A DNA stretch of 63,999 nucleotides, filler included, from Octopus bimaculoides (GCF_001194135.2; 8 parts of 6 records of this genome joined end to end with filler, not necessarily neighbours in it), one strand, 5' to 3'. Positions 1-12,419 are shown, counted from the first letter of the whole stretch. Notes: generated by a model from the letters alone, not told the origin. Made by a program: numbers and translations.

Positions 1-491
1 ATTACCAGCAGTGGCAACAAAAATGAAGGACTCAGAACAGCATTGGTAGTTGCCTTTGCAGGTGTAGACAAAGACGTAGGACCGTCGACGAGTCTCTCTC
101 GCCTGACATCTACCAATAGATTAAAATTGTTCAAAAAGTCCGCACACAGAATAGTATGTTGGAGATCAGCCATGACAAAAATCTACCTAAAATTCCGGTG
201 AAGATTAATGTTAATATGTAAGGAAACTTGACCGTAAGTCGCAATGGGAGACCAATTGACCGCATGCAAGATGATCTCTGAACGCTTTGGCTTGTCTGTA
301 GCGAGACGCAAAGGCCAAATAGAGTAACTAGAACCGGTGTCAACCATGAACGACTCGTTAGACACGTTGTCCTTTACAAAAAATGCACGATGTGAGGATA
401 ATTGGTTGGAAGTGATACATTCTGATTGTATGTGTGCTTGTACCAATAATTTTTTTCTCTTATTTGAAAAAGACGCAAGAAAATGGCGCAC
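1..491 (-). pseudogene. Ty3/Gypsy LTR-retrotransposon pol fragment (retropepsin aspartic protease), inactivated
   Basis: Minus frame reads FFVKDNVSNESFMVDTGSSYSIW...LHAVNWSPIATYG...NFR*IFVMADLQHTILCADFLNNFNLLVDVRRERLVD. It has the DTG active-site motif and the ILGADFL-like second motif, with a TAG stop where a Trp is expected. Runs off the window start. Confidence 0.85.
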
Positions 492-1775
492 GACTGGTAA
501 TGTCCTATTCCCACGTGGAGTAATTCAAATCTGGCGACAGACAGGAACGATGACTGGAAGTTGAGTTGATTCTTCTTGCGTCCTGTAGGTCTTTTCGGCT
601 GCTGGAGATCCTTTACACGTTCTGGGTCACCATTTTACAATGCGAGGCAAGGTTCAGGATATCGAATGAATATCGCCTTCTCCCATTGTGTTGTTTCAGG
701 TTCCGGCAAGCGAGGAAAGTCTCCAGTGGAAATGCAATTCACAACCAGTTTTATTTACATAGAGATGTTTTATTTACGGAGATGCCGGCGAGATCCCATC
801 TAATATGGCGCTGACTGCTTGTGAGGTTACACATCTAAGTAACAATATATGCATATATGTAAATATATATACATATATNNNNNNNNNNNNNNNNNNNNNN
901 NNNNNNNNNNNNNNNNNNNNNNNNNNNNNNNNNNNNNNNNNNNNNNNNNNNNNNNNNNNNNNNNNNNNNNNNNNNNNNNNNNNNNNNNNNNNNNNNNNNN
1001 NNNNNNNNNNNNNNNNNNNNNNNNNNNNNNNNNNNNNNNNNNNNNNNNNNNNNNNNNNNNNNNNNNNNNNNNNNNNNNNNNNNNNNNNNNNNNNNNNNNN
1101 NNNNNNNNNNNNNNNNNNNNNNNNNNNNNNNNNNNNNNNNNNNNNNNNNNNNNNNNNNNNNNNNNNNNNNNNNNNNNNNNNNNNNNNNNNNNNNNNNNNN
1201 NNNNNNNNNNNNNNNNNNNNNNNNNNNNNNNNNNNNNNNNNNNNNNNNNNNNNNNNNNNNNNNNNNNNNNNNNNNNNNNNNNNNNNNNNNNNNNNNNNNN
1301 NNNNNNNNNNNNNNNNNNNNNNNNNNNNNNNNNNNNNNNNNNNNNNNNNNNNNNNNNNNNNNNNNNNNNNNNNNNNNNNNNNNNNNNNNNNNNNNNNNNN
1401 NNNNNNNNNNNNNNNNNNNNNNNNNNNNNNNNNNNNNNNNNNNNNNNNNNNNNNNNNNNNNNNNNNNNNNNNNNNNNNNNNNNNNNNNNNNNNNNNNNNN
1501 NNNNNNNNNNNNNNNNNNNNNNNNNNNNNNNNNNNNNNNNNNNNNNNNNNNNNNNNNNNNNNNNNNNNNNNNNNNNNNNNNNNNNNNNNNNNNNNNNNNN
1601 NNNNNNNNNNNNNNNNNNNNNNNNNNNNNNNNNNNNNNNNNNNNNNNNNNNNNNNNNNNNNNNNNNNNNNNNNNNNNNNNNNNNNNNNNNNNNNNNNNNN
1701 NNNNNNNNNNNNNNNNNNNNNNNNNNNNNNNNNNNNNNNNNNNNNNNNNNNNNNNNNNNNNNNNNNNNNNNNNNN

Positions 1776-1816
<41 letters not shown>

Positions 1817-1827
1817 TATACATATAT

Positions 1828-1960
1828 ACGACGGGCTTCTTTCAGTTTCCGTCTACAAAATCCACTCACAAGGCTTTGGTCGGCCCGAGGCTATAGTAGA
1901 AAACACTTACTTGAATGTGCCACGCAGTGGGACTGAACCCGGAACTATGTGTTTCGTAAG
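1828..1960 (-). mobile_element. tRNA-derived SINE family A, head region, abutting (CA)n
   Basis: Reverse complement reads GGTTCAGTCCCACTGCGTGGCACATTCAAGTAAGTGTTTTCTACTATAGCCTCGGGCCGACCAAAGCCTTGTGAGTGGATTTTGTAGACGGAAACTGAAAGAAGCCCGTCG, with a B-box-like GGTTCAGTCCC. Similar copies recur at 13884, 18.7k, 23.4k, 24.5k and 51.55k. Confidence 0.85.
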
Positions 1961-2059
1961 CAAGCTAGTTTATTTCATATATTTGCCATGAAGGTGTTAC
2001 AAAGACAGACAAACATAAAAAGGTGTAGTAGCTGCTATAACGTTTAAAAATATATGATA

Positions 2060-5000
2060 AATTTCTGATGCGACTTTACAATTGACAGGTTATATTACAA
2101 ATTACAAGTTGCTCATTACAAGTTACATGTTACTCATTACAATTTGCAATGACTTTCCTGAAGGAAAGGCATCCGACCATCAGGGTAGAACTCTTGCTTT
2201 CTCTTTCCCCCAAGGCGTCTTCTGGTATAAATCCCACTAACCCACTAGAAAAATCTGCGGTGGAACTCCTATTGCCGGCATTTTCCGCCCGAGAGAGTAG
2301 CTGAATTGCCTGGCGGCACTCCAATTGCCAGTCTCCCAGCCTAGGTATCTGCTTGATCCAATTACCGATGTCTGTTAAGGACGCTAAATGTGGAAGGTGG
2401 AACCGGATGTGCGGTGACCACACCTGCTCTCCATCCAGATAAATCCAGAGGTGCTTCAACCTTAACGCGAATTTTCGCATCCTCAGTCAAGGCATCCCCA
2501 GCCCAACTTTAGTGGTTTCTGGCAGCAGACAGAGCGCTTCACAAGTCGCTTTCATCCCTTCCACAAAAAGTGGAAAAAGATTCTTTCCAACTTGGTCAGC
2601 CACAAATCGAGGCAAGGCACCACGGTCAGACGGTAGGTGATAACCGATGCTATAAACATCTGCACCACCTCCGCCTTTCCTAGCAAGGATAACGCCCGAC
2701 CAGACCAGGTCTGGGTTAGAGCAGTCACCTTGCTGGTCACCTCACTCCAATTTTTCTCTATCTGGAGGCCTGGCCCGAACCAGATTCCATGCAGCTTAAC
2801 AGGACCTTCCGTCCAACGCCCCACGACGTTTTTGGACGACATCGGCTTGCCCATCAAGGTGCCGAGTTGGAAACCGATCGACTTGTCCTTGTTAACCTTT
2901 GCTCCAGCCACCGCCTCGTAACTTTTGATAGCCTCTTCCACCACTGGAAGCTGGCCCTCATCCGTCACGATGATGGAGATGTCGTCCNNNNNNNNNNNNN
3001 NNNNNNNNNNNNNNNNNNNNNNNNNNNNNNNNNNNNNNNNNNNNNNNNNNNNNNNNNNNNNNNNNNNNNNNNNNNNNNNNNNNNNNNNNNNNNNNNNNNN
3101 NNNNNNNNNNNNNNNNNNNNNNNNNNNNNNNNNNNNNNNNNNNNNNNNNNNNNNNNNNNNNNNNNNNNNNNNNNNNNNNNNNNNNNNNNNNNNNNNNNNN
3201 NNNNNNNNNNNNNNNNNNNNNNNNNNNNNNNNNNNNNNNNNNNNNNNNNNNNNNNNNNNNNNNNNNNNNNNNNNNNNNNNNNNNNNNNNNNNNNNNNNNN
3301 NNNNNNNNNNNNNNNNNNNNNNNNNNNNNNNNNNNNNNNNNNNNNNNNNNNNNNNNNNNNNNNNNNNNNNNNNNNNNNNNNNNNNNNNNNNNNNNNNNNN
3401 NNNNNNNNNNNNNNNNNNNNNNNNNNNNNNNNNNNNNNNNNNNNNNNNNNNNNNNNNNNNNNNNNNNNNNNNNNNNNNNNNNNNNNNNNNNNNNNNNNNN
3501 NNNNNNNNNNNNNNNNNNNNNNNNNNNNNNNNNNNNNNNNNNNNNNNNNNNNNNNNNNNNNNNNNNNNNNNNNNNNNNNNNNNNNNNNNNNNNNNNNNNN
3601 NNNNNNNNNNNNNNNNNNNNNNNNNNNNNNNNNNNNNCTTCTACCCGGGCCATTCGCTAGTACCTCGATCACATCCTCGGCCCTGATAGGCACACAACCT
3701 CTCGTGCCGAGAGACGCAGGCCGCGAGACAGGAAGTCCCTAAGGGCCTCGCCATGATCCCGCCACTCCCGAACAACTCGGCAAAGTGCTTGTGAATCGTC
3801 TCACACATCTCGTCCCGTCCATCGACCGAACACCCATTATCATCGACAAGAGACCTAATTGTGGCATCATTGTCACGCTGGGTTTCTACCGTACGGGCCC
3901 ATCCGGCAACATTAATTCCCTCACGGCCCAATGCGCGCACTTTAACTCGAACTCTGTACCCTTCATGTTTGGCTTTGAGTTGACGGTCCAAGGTCGTTCT
4001 TGCTGCCCAAATGTGCGATGCAGAGCCCAACCTCAACGCCTCCTCTAGGTCCTTAACTAGTTGCCCTTCTATTCTGGCCTTGTCTGATCTTAGCTAAACC
4101 TAATAGACTAAAAAAGAATGGCTCTCTTGAGGGCGACACACCATCGGTTATTAACCACAGTTCCTGTTAACGCCCACTGTACTAATCCCTTAATCCGACT
4201 ACTGTATGCCTCGCAAGTCAAAATCGACTTTTTCAGCTTCCAGTAGCCGGTTCCTCTCTTATTTGTACTATCTCTGTCCAGTGTACACTTAACCATTCTA
4301 TGGTCAGTGTAATCTACTTGGACAAACTGTGGACGGCCAAAACTAGACTTATCTCTAGTCCTTATCACTATCCTATCTAAGTAAGACTTGAACCTTTCGT
4401 CGCTACTCATGCAGGTCCACTCTGGGATGTTCGGATGGTCAAGTCTAACGATCTGCCAGCTTAAAGAGCTTAAGTAAATCTACGAGACGTGAATTCACTT
4501 TCCCACCGATCGACCCAACGCTATCGATGCGTGCGTCAACGATAGCGTTATAGTCTTCTAACACCACTAATGTATACGATCAGTTTGAAATCCTCTAGCA
4601 CAAGGTGCATAGATTTCGATCAATCTGAAAGCTTTACTGCTGTATGCCACATCAAGGACGACCATAGACTGTACTTGTCTGCAAAGCCAAACCTTTTCGG
4701 ACCAGTACTACTACACCACATCGCCCTCCGGTCTGGCTAGGAGAAATGATTTTATTGGTGATGTTGGGGCTGACCTCAACACTCGTGAGGCAGCCCTTTC
4801 CTCCTGCTCCTTCAAAAACTCCTTCAAATACTGTGGAAGGTCCGGAATGCTCTCAATGGTTTTCGGATGCCTATCCTTCATTTCCTTGTACAGTTTTTCA
4901 GTTATCCAGGCACATCTCTCTTTCATGCCTTCGTTACCAGGGTTTTTGTTCCGTCTCTTTTCTTTATTTTCTCTTCTGGGACACTGGGGCGGGGTCTTTT

Positions 5001-6074
5001 TTCTGTGGTGTGTTGTTTTTCTTCTTTTTTGTGGGGGATATGGATGGGGAAGGTGCAAGCGTTCTCTTTTTTNNNNNNNNNNNNNNNNNNNNNNNNNNNN
5101 NNNNNNNNNNNNNNNNNNNNNNNNNNNNNNNNNNNNNNNNNNNNNNNNNNNNNNNNNNNNNNNNNNNNNNNNNNNNNNNNNNNNNNNNNNNNNNNNNNNN
5201 NNNNNNNNNNNNNNNNNNNNNNNNNNGTCACCTCCATGGTCTCTTCCAGGGGAGTTGTTACTTCAGAGGGGGTGGGTGCATTTGTTTCTATCGGGACTGG
5301 TGTATCCATGGCCTGGGGTTTTTGGGTGTCTTGTTTGGGAGCGGGCGCCACAGATGGCGGGGTGGGAGTATTTGTTTCTGTGTGGGGGCGGATAATTTGT
5401 GTGTGGGTTTGGGGTCTTTTTTTGGTATTTGAAGGGCCTGATGTCTGCACACTTATTCTTTCCTTCCATATTTCGCATTCTACGCGAATGTGGCTTTTTT
5501 TGCCACATTCAAAACACGTGGGCTTTTTGCCCTCTACTTGAATCCTTAGGGCAATATCCTCACCCAAGAGTACTCTTTCTGGAAGCATTTCGATATCTTT
5601 CTGAGTCCCCTGAATAATGGCAGAGATGCTCTGCCCGTGCCAATTTTGTGGGCAGTGCATGTAATTTGGAGGAAGGTAATTTTGTCCGTCTTGTTATACA
5701 TCAGGGCAGCCATCACCTCCCTTGCCTCAATTTCCGGTGGTACTTCAGTTACTCTGACGCTTGCTGTTCTCCTTCCCATGTAGGTTGAGAGCAGCACCAC
5801 CTCCTTCGTTTTCAGGGGACTCACTCAGTGCTCTTGGGATTTTTCATCTTTTTCGAATCTGGTTTCTATTGTGCCATATGCCTGACCCTTCGCTGTACTT
5901 TATGTCTTTCCTTATAGGTGCCAGGCATTTTTCTATTTTGCACGTTTCAAAGTGCTTAAATCTTTTCGATGAAGGACAGTACGTTTTGTAAACGATTGTC
6001 CTTCTCTTCATGTTTTCAACACTAGGGAGGGTGATATCTTTATATCCCCACCCTCCTCTTTCATTCTTCCAAAA
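2060..6074 (-). mobile_element. Tx1-like (L1 clade) non-LTR retrotransposon, near full length, decayed
   Basis: ORF1 remnants (4711-6074) carry the zinc knuckle CFECGKKSHIRVEC (CX2CX4HX4C). ORF2 remnants give APE endonuclease motifs (LDVAYSSKAFRLIEIYAP, EDYN for GDFN, YLDRI, TDH, GYWKL), the linker MCETIHKHFAELFG, RT DDISIIVTD at the gap edge 2987, and the C-terminal YEAVAGAKVNKDKS...LSLLGKAEV...FLWKG. Frameshifts, stops and N gaps throughout; the 5' end lies in a 100-N gap. Confidence 0.9.
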
Positions 6075-6174
6075 NNNNNNNNNNNNNNNNNNNNNNNNNN
6101 NNNNNNNNNNNNNNNNNNNNNNNNNNNNNNNNNNNNNNNNNNNNNNNNNNNNNNNNNNNNNNNNNNNNNNNNNN

Positions 6175-8647
6175 GCCAGAGGTGAAGCAGATAAGAAAGA
6201 ATTTGCCAATGTTCTGCGCCGTGAGGACCAAAGATTTGAGGTATTTCGTGTTGCAAAGCATTGTGTGAGAGAGAATCGTAATATCGTGGGAGAGAAATGT
6301 GTTCACATGGATGATGGTACACTTGCACTATACGAGGCTGCAAAGAAAGAGGTTTGGAGACGCCACTATGAAAGATTGCTCAATAAAGAGAATGAATGGG
6401 AAAAAGAGAGTCTGCCGAATGTCGACCCAACAGAGGGACCAGCTATCCATGGTAGATAAAGCAATTAAGAGTATGAAGACAGGGAAAGCCCCCAGCCCAT
6501 CAGGAATCACTGCAGAGATTCTCAAAATATCTGGCAGTGTCAACTATAGCCTAGTCACCCGTAGTGTTAACCAGGTAATACACGAAGGAGTCATACCCAA
6601 TGATTGGTGTAGCAGCACCATAGTCAACTGCTACAAAGGTAAGATTGACGCTTTAGATACAAATAATTACAGAGGTATCAAGTTGTTAGATCAGGTAATG
6701 AAAGTCACTAATTAGGGAGAGAGTCAGTTTAGATGAGATGCAGTTTGGGTTCGTGTCAGAGAAAAGCACCAATGATGCTATATTTCTGGTAAAACAGCTG
6801 CAGGAGAAATACCTAGCCAAAGATAAACCTCATACCTGGCTTTCATTGACATGGAGAAAGCCTTTGACAGGGTCTCCCGATCCCTTATCTGGTGGTCAAT
6901 GAGGAAACTAGGAATAGAAGAATGGTTAGTGAGAGCTGTTCGAGCCATGTACAGAGAGGTCGTGAGTAAGGTGAGGGTTGGCAATGAGTACAGTGAGGAA
7001 TTCCGGATAGAGGTAGGGGTCCACAGCACCCTCCTATTTATCATAGTCCTCCAGGCGATAACAGAGGAATTCAAGACAGGATGCCCCTGGGAGCTCCTCT
7101 ATGCTGATGACCTTGCACTAATTGCTGAGTCACTATCAGAACTAGAGGAGAAGTTTCAGGTGTGGAAGCAAGGACTAGAATCGAAGGGCCTTAAAGTCAA
7201 CCTAGCTAAAACCAAAGTCCTAACAAGTAGGAAGGTAGACAAAACACAAACCCCTTCAGGTAGATGGCCCTGCTCGATCTGTAGAAAAGGCGTAGGTAGA
7301 AACTCTATAAGATGTACCCAATGCAAGCTATGGAAACAAGAGGTGCAGCAATATCAAAGGAAGGTTAACTACTATTCATGCTCCTAACTGCATTGCTATA
7401 ACTTCCCTAGTTTGTGGCTCTTGTTTTAATCACCCTTCAACCCTACATGGCAGTGAAACATGGGCTGTGACTGCTGAGGATATGCGTAAGCTCGCAAGGA
7501 ATGAAGCCAGTATGCTCTGATGGATGTGTAATGTCAGTGTGCATATTCAACAGAGTGTAAGTACCTTGAGAGAAAAGTTGAATNNNNNNNNNNAAAGTTG
7601 AATTTAAGAAGCATCAGTTGTGGTGTGCAAGAGAAACAATTGCGATGGTATGGTCATGTGGCGAGAATGGATGAGGATAGGTGTGTGAAAAAGTGCCACA
7701 CCCTAGCGGTTGAGGGAACCTGTGAAAGAGGTAGACCCAGGAAAACCTGGGATGAGGTAGTGAAGCACAACCTTCGAACATTAGGCGTCACCGAGGCAAT
7801 GACTAGTGACTGAGACCTTTGGAACATGCTGTGCATGAGAAGATCCCGCAGGCCAAGTAAGATCAAAATCCAAGGCCTCTGCCAGGGATGTAGCCAGCCC
7901 ACTTAGGCATACCTTTCCTTGATTGGACACTAAACTTCACTTACTATGACCTGTTGAGGCAAGTGAAATTGAAATCGAACTAAATTCGACAACTGGCACC
8001 CATGCCAACATCTCCTTCATTGGACACTAGTGGCTAGTAAATAACAGTATTAAAGCGTGATCGTTGCCAGCGTTGCTCTCTTGGCACTTGTGCCAGTGGC
8101 ACGTGAAAAGACATTCGAGCGAGATCGTTGCCAGTGCCACTGGAGTGTCTCCTGTGCAAGTGGCACACATACAGAACACCATTTTGAGCATGGCCATTGC
8201 CAGTACAGCCTGACTGNNNNNNNNNNNNNNNNNNNNNNNNNNNNNNNNNNNNNNNNNNNNNNNNNNNNNNNNNNNNNNNNNNNNNNNNNNNNNNNNNNNN
8301 NNNNNNNNNNNNNNNNNNNNNNNNNNNNNNNNNNNNNNNNNNNNNNNNNNNNNNNNNNNNNNNNNNNNNNNNNNNNNNNNNNNNNNNNNNNNNNNNNNNN
8401 NNNNNNNNNNNNNNNNNNNNNNNNNNNNNNNNNNNNNNNNNNNNNNNNNNNNNNNNNNNNNNNNNNNCACGTAAAAGCACCCACTACACTCTCTGAGTGG
8501 TTGGCGTTAGGAAGGGCATCCAGCTGTAGAAACTCTGCCAAATCAGACTGGAGCCTGGTGTTGCCATCCGGTTTCACCAGTCCTCAGTCAAATCGTCCAA
8601 CCCATGCTAGCATGGAAAGCGGACGTTAAACGATGATGATGATGATG
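6175..8647 (+). mobile_element. RTE-clade LINE, 5'-truncated, with long 3' UTR ending in (GAT)n
   Basis: RT motifs MKTGKAPSPSGI, NYRGIKLL, QFGF, FIDMEKAFDRV, LLYADDLAL, GLKVNLAKTK; a Cys-rich insert CSICRKGVGRNSIRCTQC; then HGSETW...LRWYGHVARM...GRPRKTWDEVV. The 3' UTR ends TGGTTGGCGTTAGGAAGGGCATCCAGC...GGACGTTAAACGATGATGATGATG. Frameshifts and an internal deletion are present. Confidence 0.92.
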
Positions 8648-9298
8648 AAACTAAAAACTACACGTGCATATATATATCCATATTATCCCTAAAACTTAAA
8701 GACATATTTCTCTAGTAAAACACAAGACGTTTTTGCATTATTATGGAAAAAAACTGACATGTTTAACCATATGAACAAAGGGAGATTACTAGTTACTCAC
8801 ATTTTGACCTAAGGAAATAAAACTGTAACACTGGTTTTTAATTTTTCTTGCATCTCCTAAGTGAGCACAATATAGTATTTTTTATATACCTAATAAGTTT
8901 TGCTTAGAACACCGGAAATTATATCCTAACCCATTTAATCCTAAGTAATACCAGTATTATAATATTTCTCTGTAGTACTTCTAAAAAACATTATCATAGT
9001 ATAATATAAACAAACTTTTCATCCCTTCTTTATTCACATTTCTCAATCTAATTCTTTGTATATTACACCTCTCATGATAAGTTACATTTGTCTTTATCCC
9101 ATCTTCCTCCCATAAACGTTTATAAATATAGTTATAAATATATTTTTCAAATGCATTTGATGTTTTAACAACATTTCAACGATCAGTACCTAATCACATG
9201 CACTCCGTGTCTTAATAAGTTGTTTACATTTGAAAATTTCTGAACACCGTCCTCAAATTAGTTATTTCATAATTAAAGACTGGAAAATATACTTACTT

Positions 9299-9384
9299 TT
9301 CCCTGAAGATACCCAGCAAAATATATCAATAACCATTCGAATGTTGATGATACAAACATACTGTCGGATTGAAACGTGTAGGAA
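9299..9384 (+). ncRNA. Degenerate minimal type-I hammerhead-ribozyme-like motif
   Basis: TTCC-CTGAAGA-[about 60-nt imperfect stem II]-GAAA-C-GT-GTA-GGAA. Core CUGANGA and GAAA are intact, with a GUA triplet and a 4-bp stem I (TTCC/GGAA). The stem II closing pair is a U-U mismatch. Confidence 0.4.
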
Positions 9385-9782
9385 TTTTTTGGTTTTGTTG
9401 ATCCAGTTCCTTTTATCCTTATTCTTATAGGTAGCACTTTTACTTTGCATTACTTTTCCATTGTGAAACAAATAAAATGAACCAAGCATCTATTATATAT
9501 TTTCTCCACTTTCTTTTATTAACTTTAAATACACACACACATATATATATAGCAGCTGCACCATTGGTAATGATAATGCTAATTTTGATAACTATAATAT
9601 CAATGACGTCAACAACCACCACTATAGTACTGACAACAGCTCCGATGATGGTTATAGCAGCACCAACACCAATTTCACCACTGATAATGTCCGCCACGCC
9701 AGCATTAATGATGCCAACACCAATACAAGTAGCACCGTCAACAACATCAATAGAAGCAGCAATGCCAACAGGAGCATTCAAT

Positions 9783-10085
9783 GATACATGGGGTGTTCCG
9801 GAAACACCTTTAAGCAGCACCTGTCCAACCACAAATCCTCATTTAAGATCTGAGAAAGATGTTATGCCACATACTTGGACAGCCATGTGTGATGCCTGAA
9901 GGACAAAGAGACTTCTCATGTAATCACATGGAAAAGTGGAGAAAACCAGGTCCATACATCAATGAGAACAAATGTTGCAAGCTGTACATAGCAGAATGGG
10001 TGACAATATTAAAAATTCCTTTGACCCAGGGAAGATCTTAAATTGCAGGATGGAAGTCTTCAAGCCCTGTTTACACTTCAGGGGA
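9783..10085 (+). pseudogene. Penelope-like element GIY-YIG endonuclease C-terminal fragment, decayed
   Basis: Across frameshifts: RYMGCSGNTFKQHLSNHKSSFKI*ERCYATYLDSHV*CLKDKETSHVITWK / PGPYINENKCCKLYIAEWVTIL / ILNCRMEVFKPCLH. This matches the PLE-type YIG...F..R..NH..SF...W.LK...W.I...Y...C.LC..E...LN.R.E...C.H pattern. Subclade not determined. Confidence 0.7.
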
Positions 10086-10354
10086 TTACTACTGAACTCC
10101 CAGGACCCTCAATCTGACTGGGTGGATTCTAGATAGTGGTCTAAGGAAGACAATCCTTTGTGTTGGACCTTTCTTCTTTGTTTATGTGTTCAAAAACTAG
10201 CCACGAGGCCTTTTCTCCTTCCATTTTGAATGAAGGTTATAGGCACTAACCACTAGGGCATGATGAGATGTATGTAAAGCTAAGCACTTTATGGATGTGA
10301 AAGCAAGGATAACCCTATGAATTGGCCATAACTACCTTTCTTTAAATATATATA

Positions 10355-10420
10355 TCTAATATAATAAATGTGAAAACTAATTTCTGTGTGTCAGTGTGTC
10401 ACACTTCAACAGCCGTCTCT
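10355..10420 (+). mobile_element. Non-autonomous Helitron 5' terminus fragment
   Basis: A|TCTAATATAATAAATGTG...TCTGTGTGTCAGTGTGTCAC: a TC start after A with the typical TCTA(T/A)TATA.TAAA 5' end. No 3' CTRR end found. Confidence 0.45.
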
Positions 10421-10429
10421 CACTATTCA

Positions 10430-11000
10430 TTGACACTTCTACTATTGCTCATACTAGGGTGACAGTAATAGAGATGGTGAGGGTGGTGGCAAAGACAGAC
10501 AGACAGAAAGAGAGACAAAGATAAAGAGAAAGAAAGAGAGACAAAAATAAAGAGAAAGAAAGAGAGACAAAGAAATTTAGGGAGAGTTGATGATGATTTT
10601 ATTAGAACTAGTAGTGTTGATGGTGGCAGTGGGAATAATAATAAGAGAGAGAGAAAGAGTGGGTATGCAAGAGAAAGAGGGGCTGAACACTGAACCAACA
10701 TACTGAACGATGGTAATGAGGTGATAGTAATAGTATGAGCTGTAGTTGTGATAGAGGCAGAGGTGGTGGTGATGATGGTGGTGGTGGTGGTGGTGGTAGC
10801 TGAGGTGGTCAGGGATGATGGTGAGAGTGATGTGAAAGACAGTGGTGATGGTGGTGGAAGGGAAGGCAGTGAAGTCAAAGGTATTGATGGTGGTGGCATC
10901 AGAAGTTTGAATGGTGTTTGTATGGCAGATGTGGCAGCACTGTTGTTTATCATGCAGCTTTTCAATAAGTTCCAAGTCGACAAATTATATCATTGTTTTG
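10430..11000. repeat. Decayed GA-rich and (GGT/GAT)n low-complexity region
   Basis: Degenerate trinucleotide runs producing spurious poly-V, poly-T and poly-H ORFs on both strands. Confidence 0.85.
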
Positions 11001-11299
11001 ATGAAAATTGTTCACTGCTTGAAAAATATTGTTTTAGTTTAATAGAAATTAATATGTACTCAATGCATAAAGTGTCACTGTTGGGCCCAAGGCCTAATGA
11101 AGAGCCCTCTGCAGGAGCTAGTTTAAAAGCTATTGGTCAAGGAGAGTCACATGGTGTTGTAGTGAATAATGTCAATTTGTTAGTAGCACCACTACCATCC
11201 GAATGGGAAGTTTCTTTAACTGTGTGGTTGGACAGGAAACTGGTGGCATGTGTTTGGATGTGGCAATAAGGCTGGTGAGTGTGTGAGTTTGTATGCATA

Positions 11300-11335
<36 letters not shown>

Positions 11336-11593
11336 CTTGTGCACACATGCATATACATGGAGTGTGAATGTGGGTGTATTATTGGTTGTATGTGTGTGTA
11401 TGCATATATTTGCGTCTGTCTGTGTTAGTTGCTGTTATGTTGATATATTTAATGGTTGTTTTTGCAAGTGCATGTGTGTGCTGGTACCTGTCACATATGT
11501 GTGCACACACAGATATGTGGGCAGGTGTGGTTTTGTTATTTATGTTTGCGAGTGCTGCTATAGCAGGTATGGTGTTTATGTGTGAGGATGTGC

Positions 11594-11634
<41 letters not shown>

Positions 11635-11689
11635 GACAGATGCAAGCATATTTCTAGCAGAGAAATAAATGGATAAAGTGATTTATCCA

Positions 11690-11795
11690 AGTCTTTTGTC
11701 ATCTCATCTACCATGATTAAAGTCCTGAGGTTGAATTTCATAACTTCATCCCATGTCTACCTCTTTCACAGGTTCCAGCCACATTAAGCAAACAG
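11690..11795 (-). mobile_element. RTE LINE 3' coding fragment, same family as 6175-8647
   Basis: Reverse complement GGAACCTGTGAAAGAGGTAGAC..TGGGATGAAGT..TGAA..AACCT matches 7716-7790. Confidence 0.7.
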
Positions 11796-12419
11796 CACTT
11801 CTTTATATGGCTGGCAATATGAGGTTCTCAAAATAATTCATTTGCCTCAATGCAACTGAGTTCTGGAAGCGATATGCTTTAGGTTTAACCATTACAGTGA
11901 GTCTCCCAGCTCCACACTCATTCATTATGCTTGCCTCTTCTCCCTTGGCTCCAAAGCCTATCCAACTTATCATACCTCTTTTGTCCTTCCCATCCCAGTA
12001 ACTGTATCATCTTTACTACTCATGCTCCTCACTGCATTGCTCTATCTTCCCTAGCTCGTGGCTCTTGTTTTAATCACCCTTCAACCCTATCAATTATGGC
12101 AGTTTGCCTCCCTACCCCTTATCCACCTTTCCATACAATTTTGCAAATCACCCACTTATATCTACTCAACATATACCTTGTGGGAACCACTTGAGTACCT
12201 TACTGTCATTATTTGTCTTGCAGCTCCTACTGATTATTTTCTCTTTTTCTCCCTCAATTGATTTTCCTTTACTAGATGTGAGTAATCATGTAGATCCCTC
12301 TGCAGGAACCTACTCTGCCACCCCATCTCTCATAGCAACCCCTAGCATGAAGCTGATCCCCACCTCTACCCTAGGGCTCATAGTGCTGCAAACTAAATGG
12401 TGACCTCAATAGTGCAGTC

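Noticed and set aside
6010-6459. Single ORF or functional fusion linking the Tx1-like and RTE elements head-to-head
   Set aside because: The junction is a 100-N gap of unknown true size; the two elements are on opposite strands and unrelated.
9477-9899. 130-140-aa ORFs on both strands (mucin-like T/P/A-rich or V/I/G-rich)
   Set aside because: A decayed trinucleotide tract that is open in several frames, running into the PLE relic; no domain or splice support.
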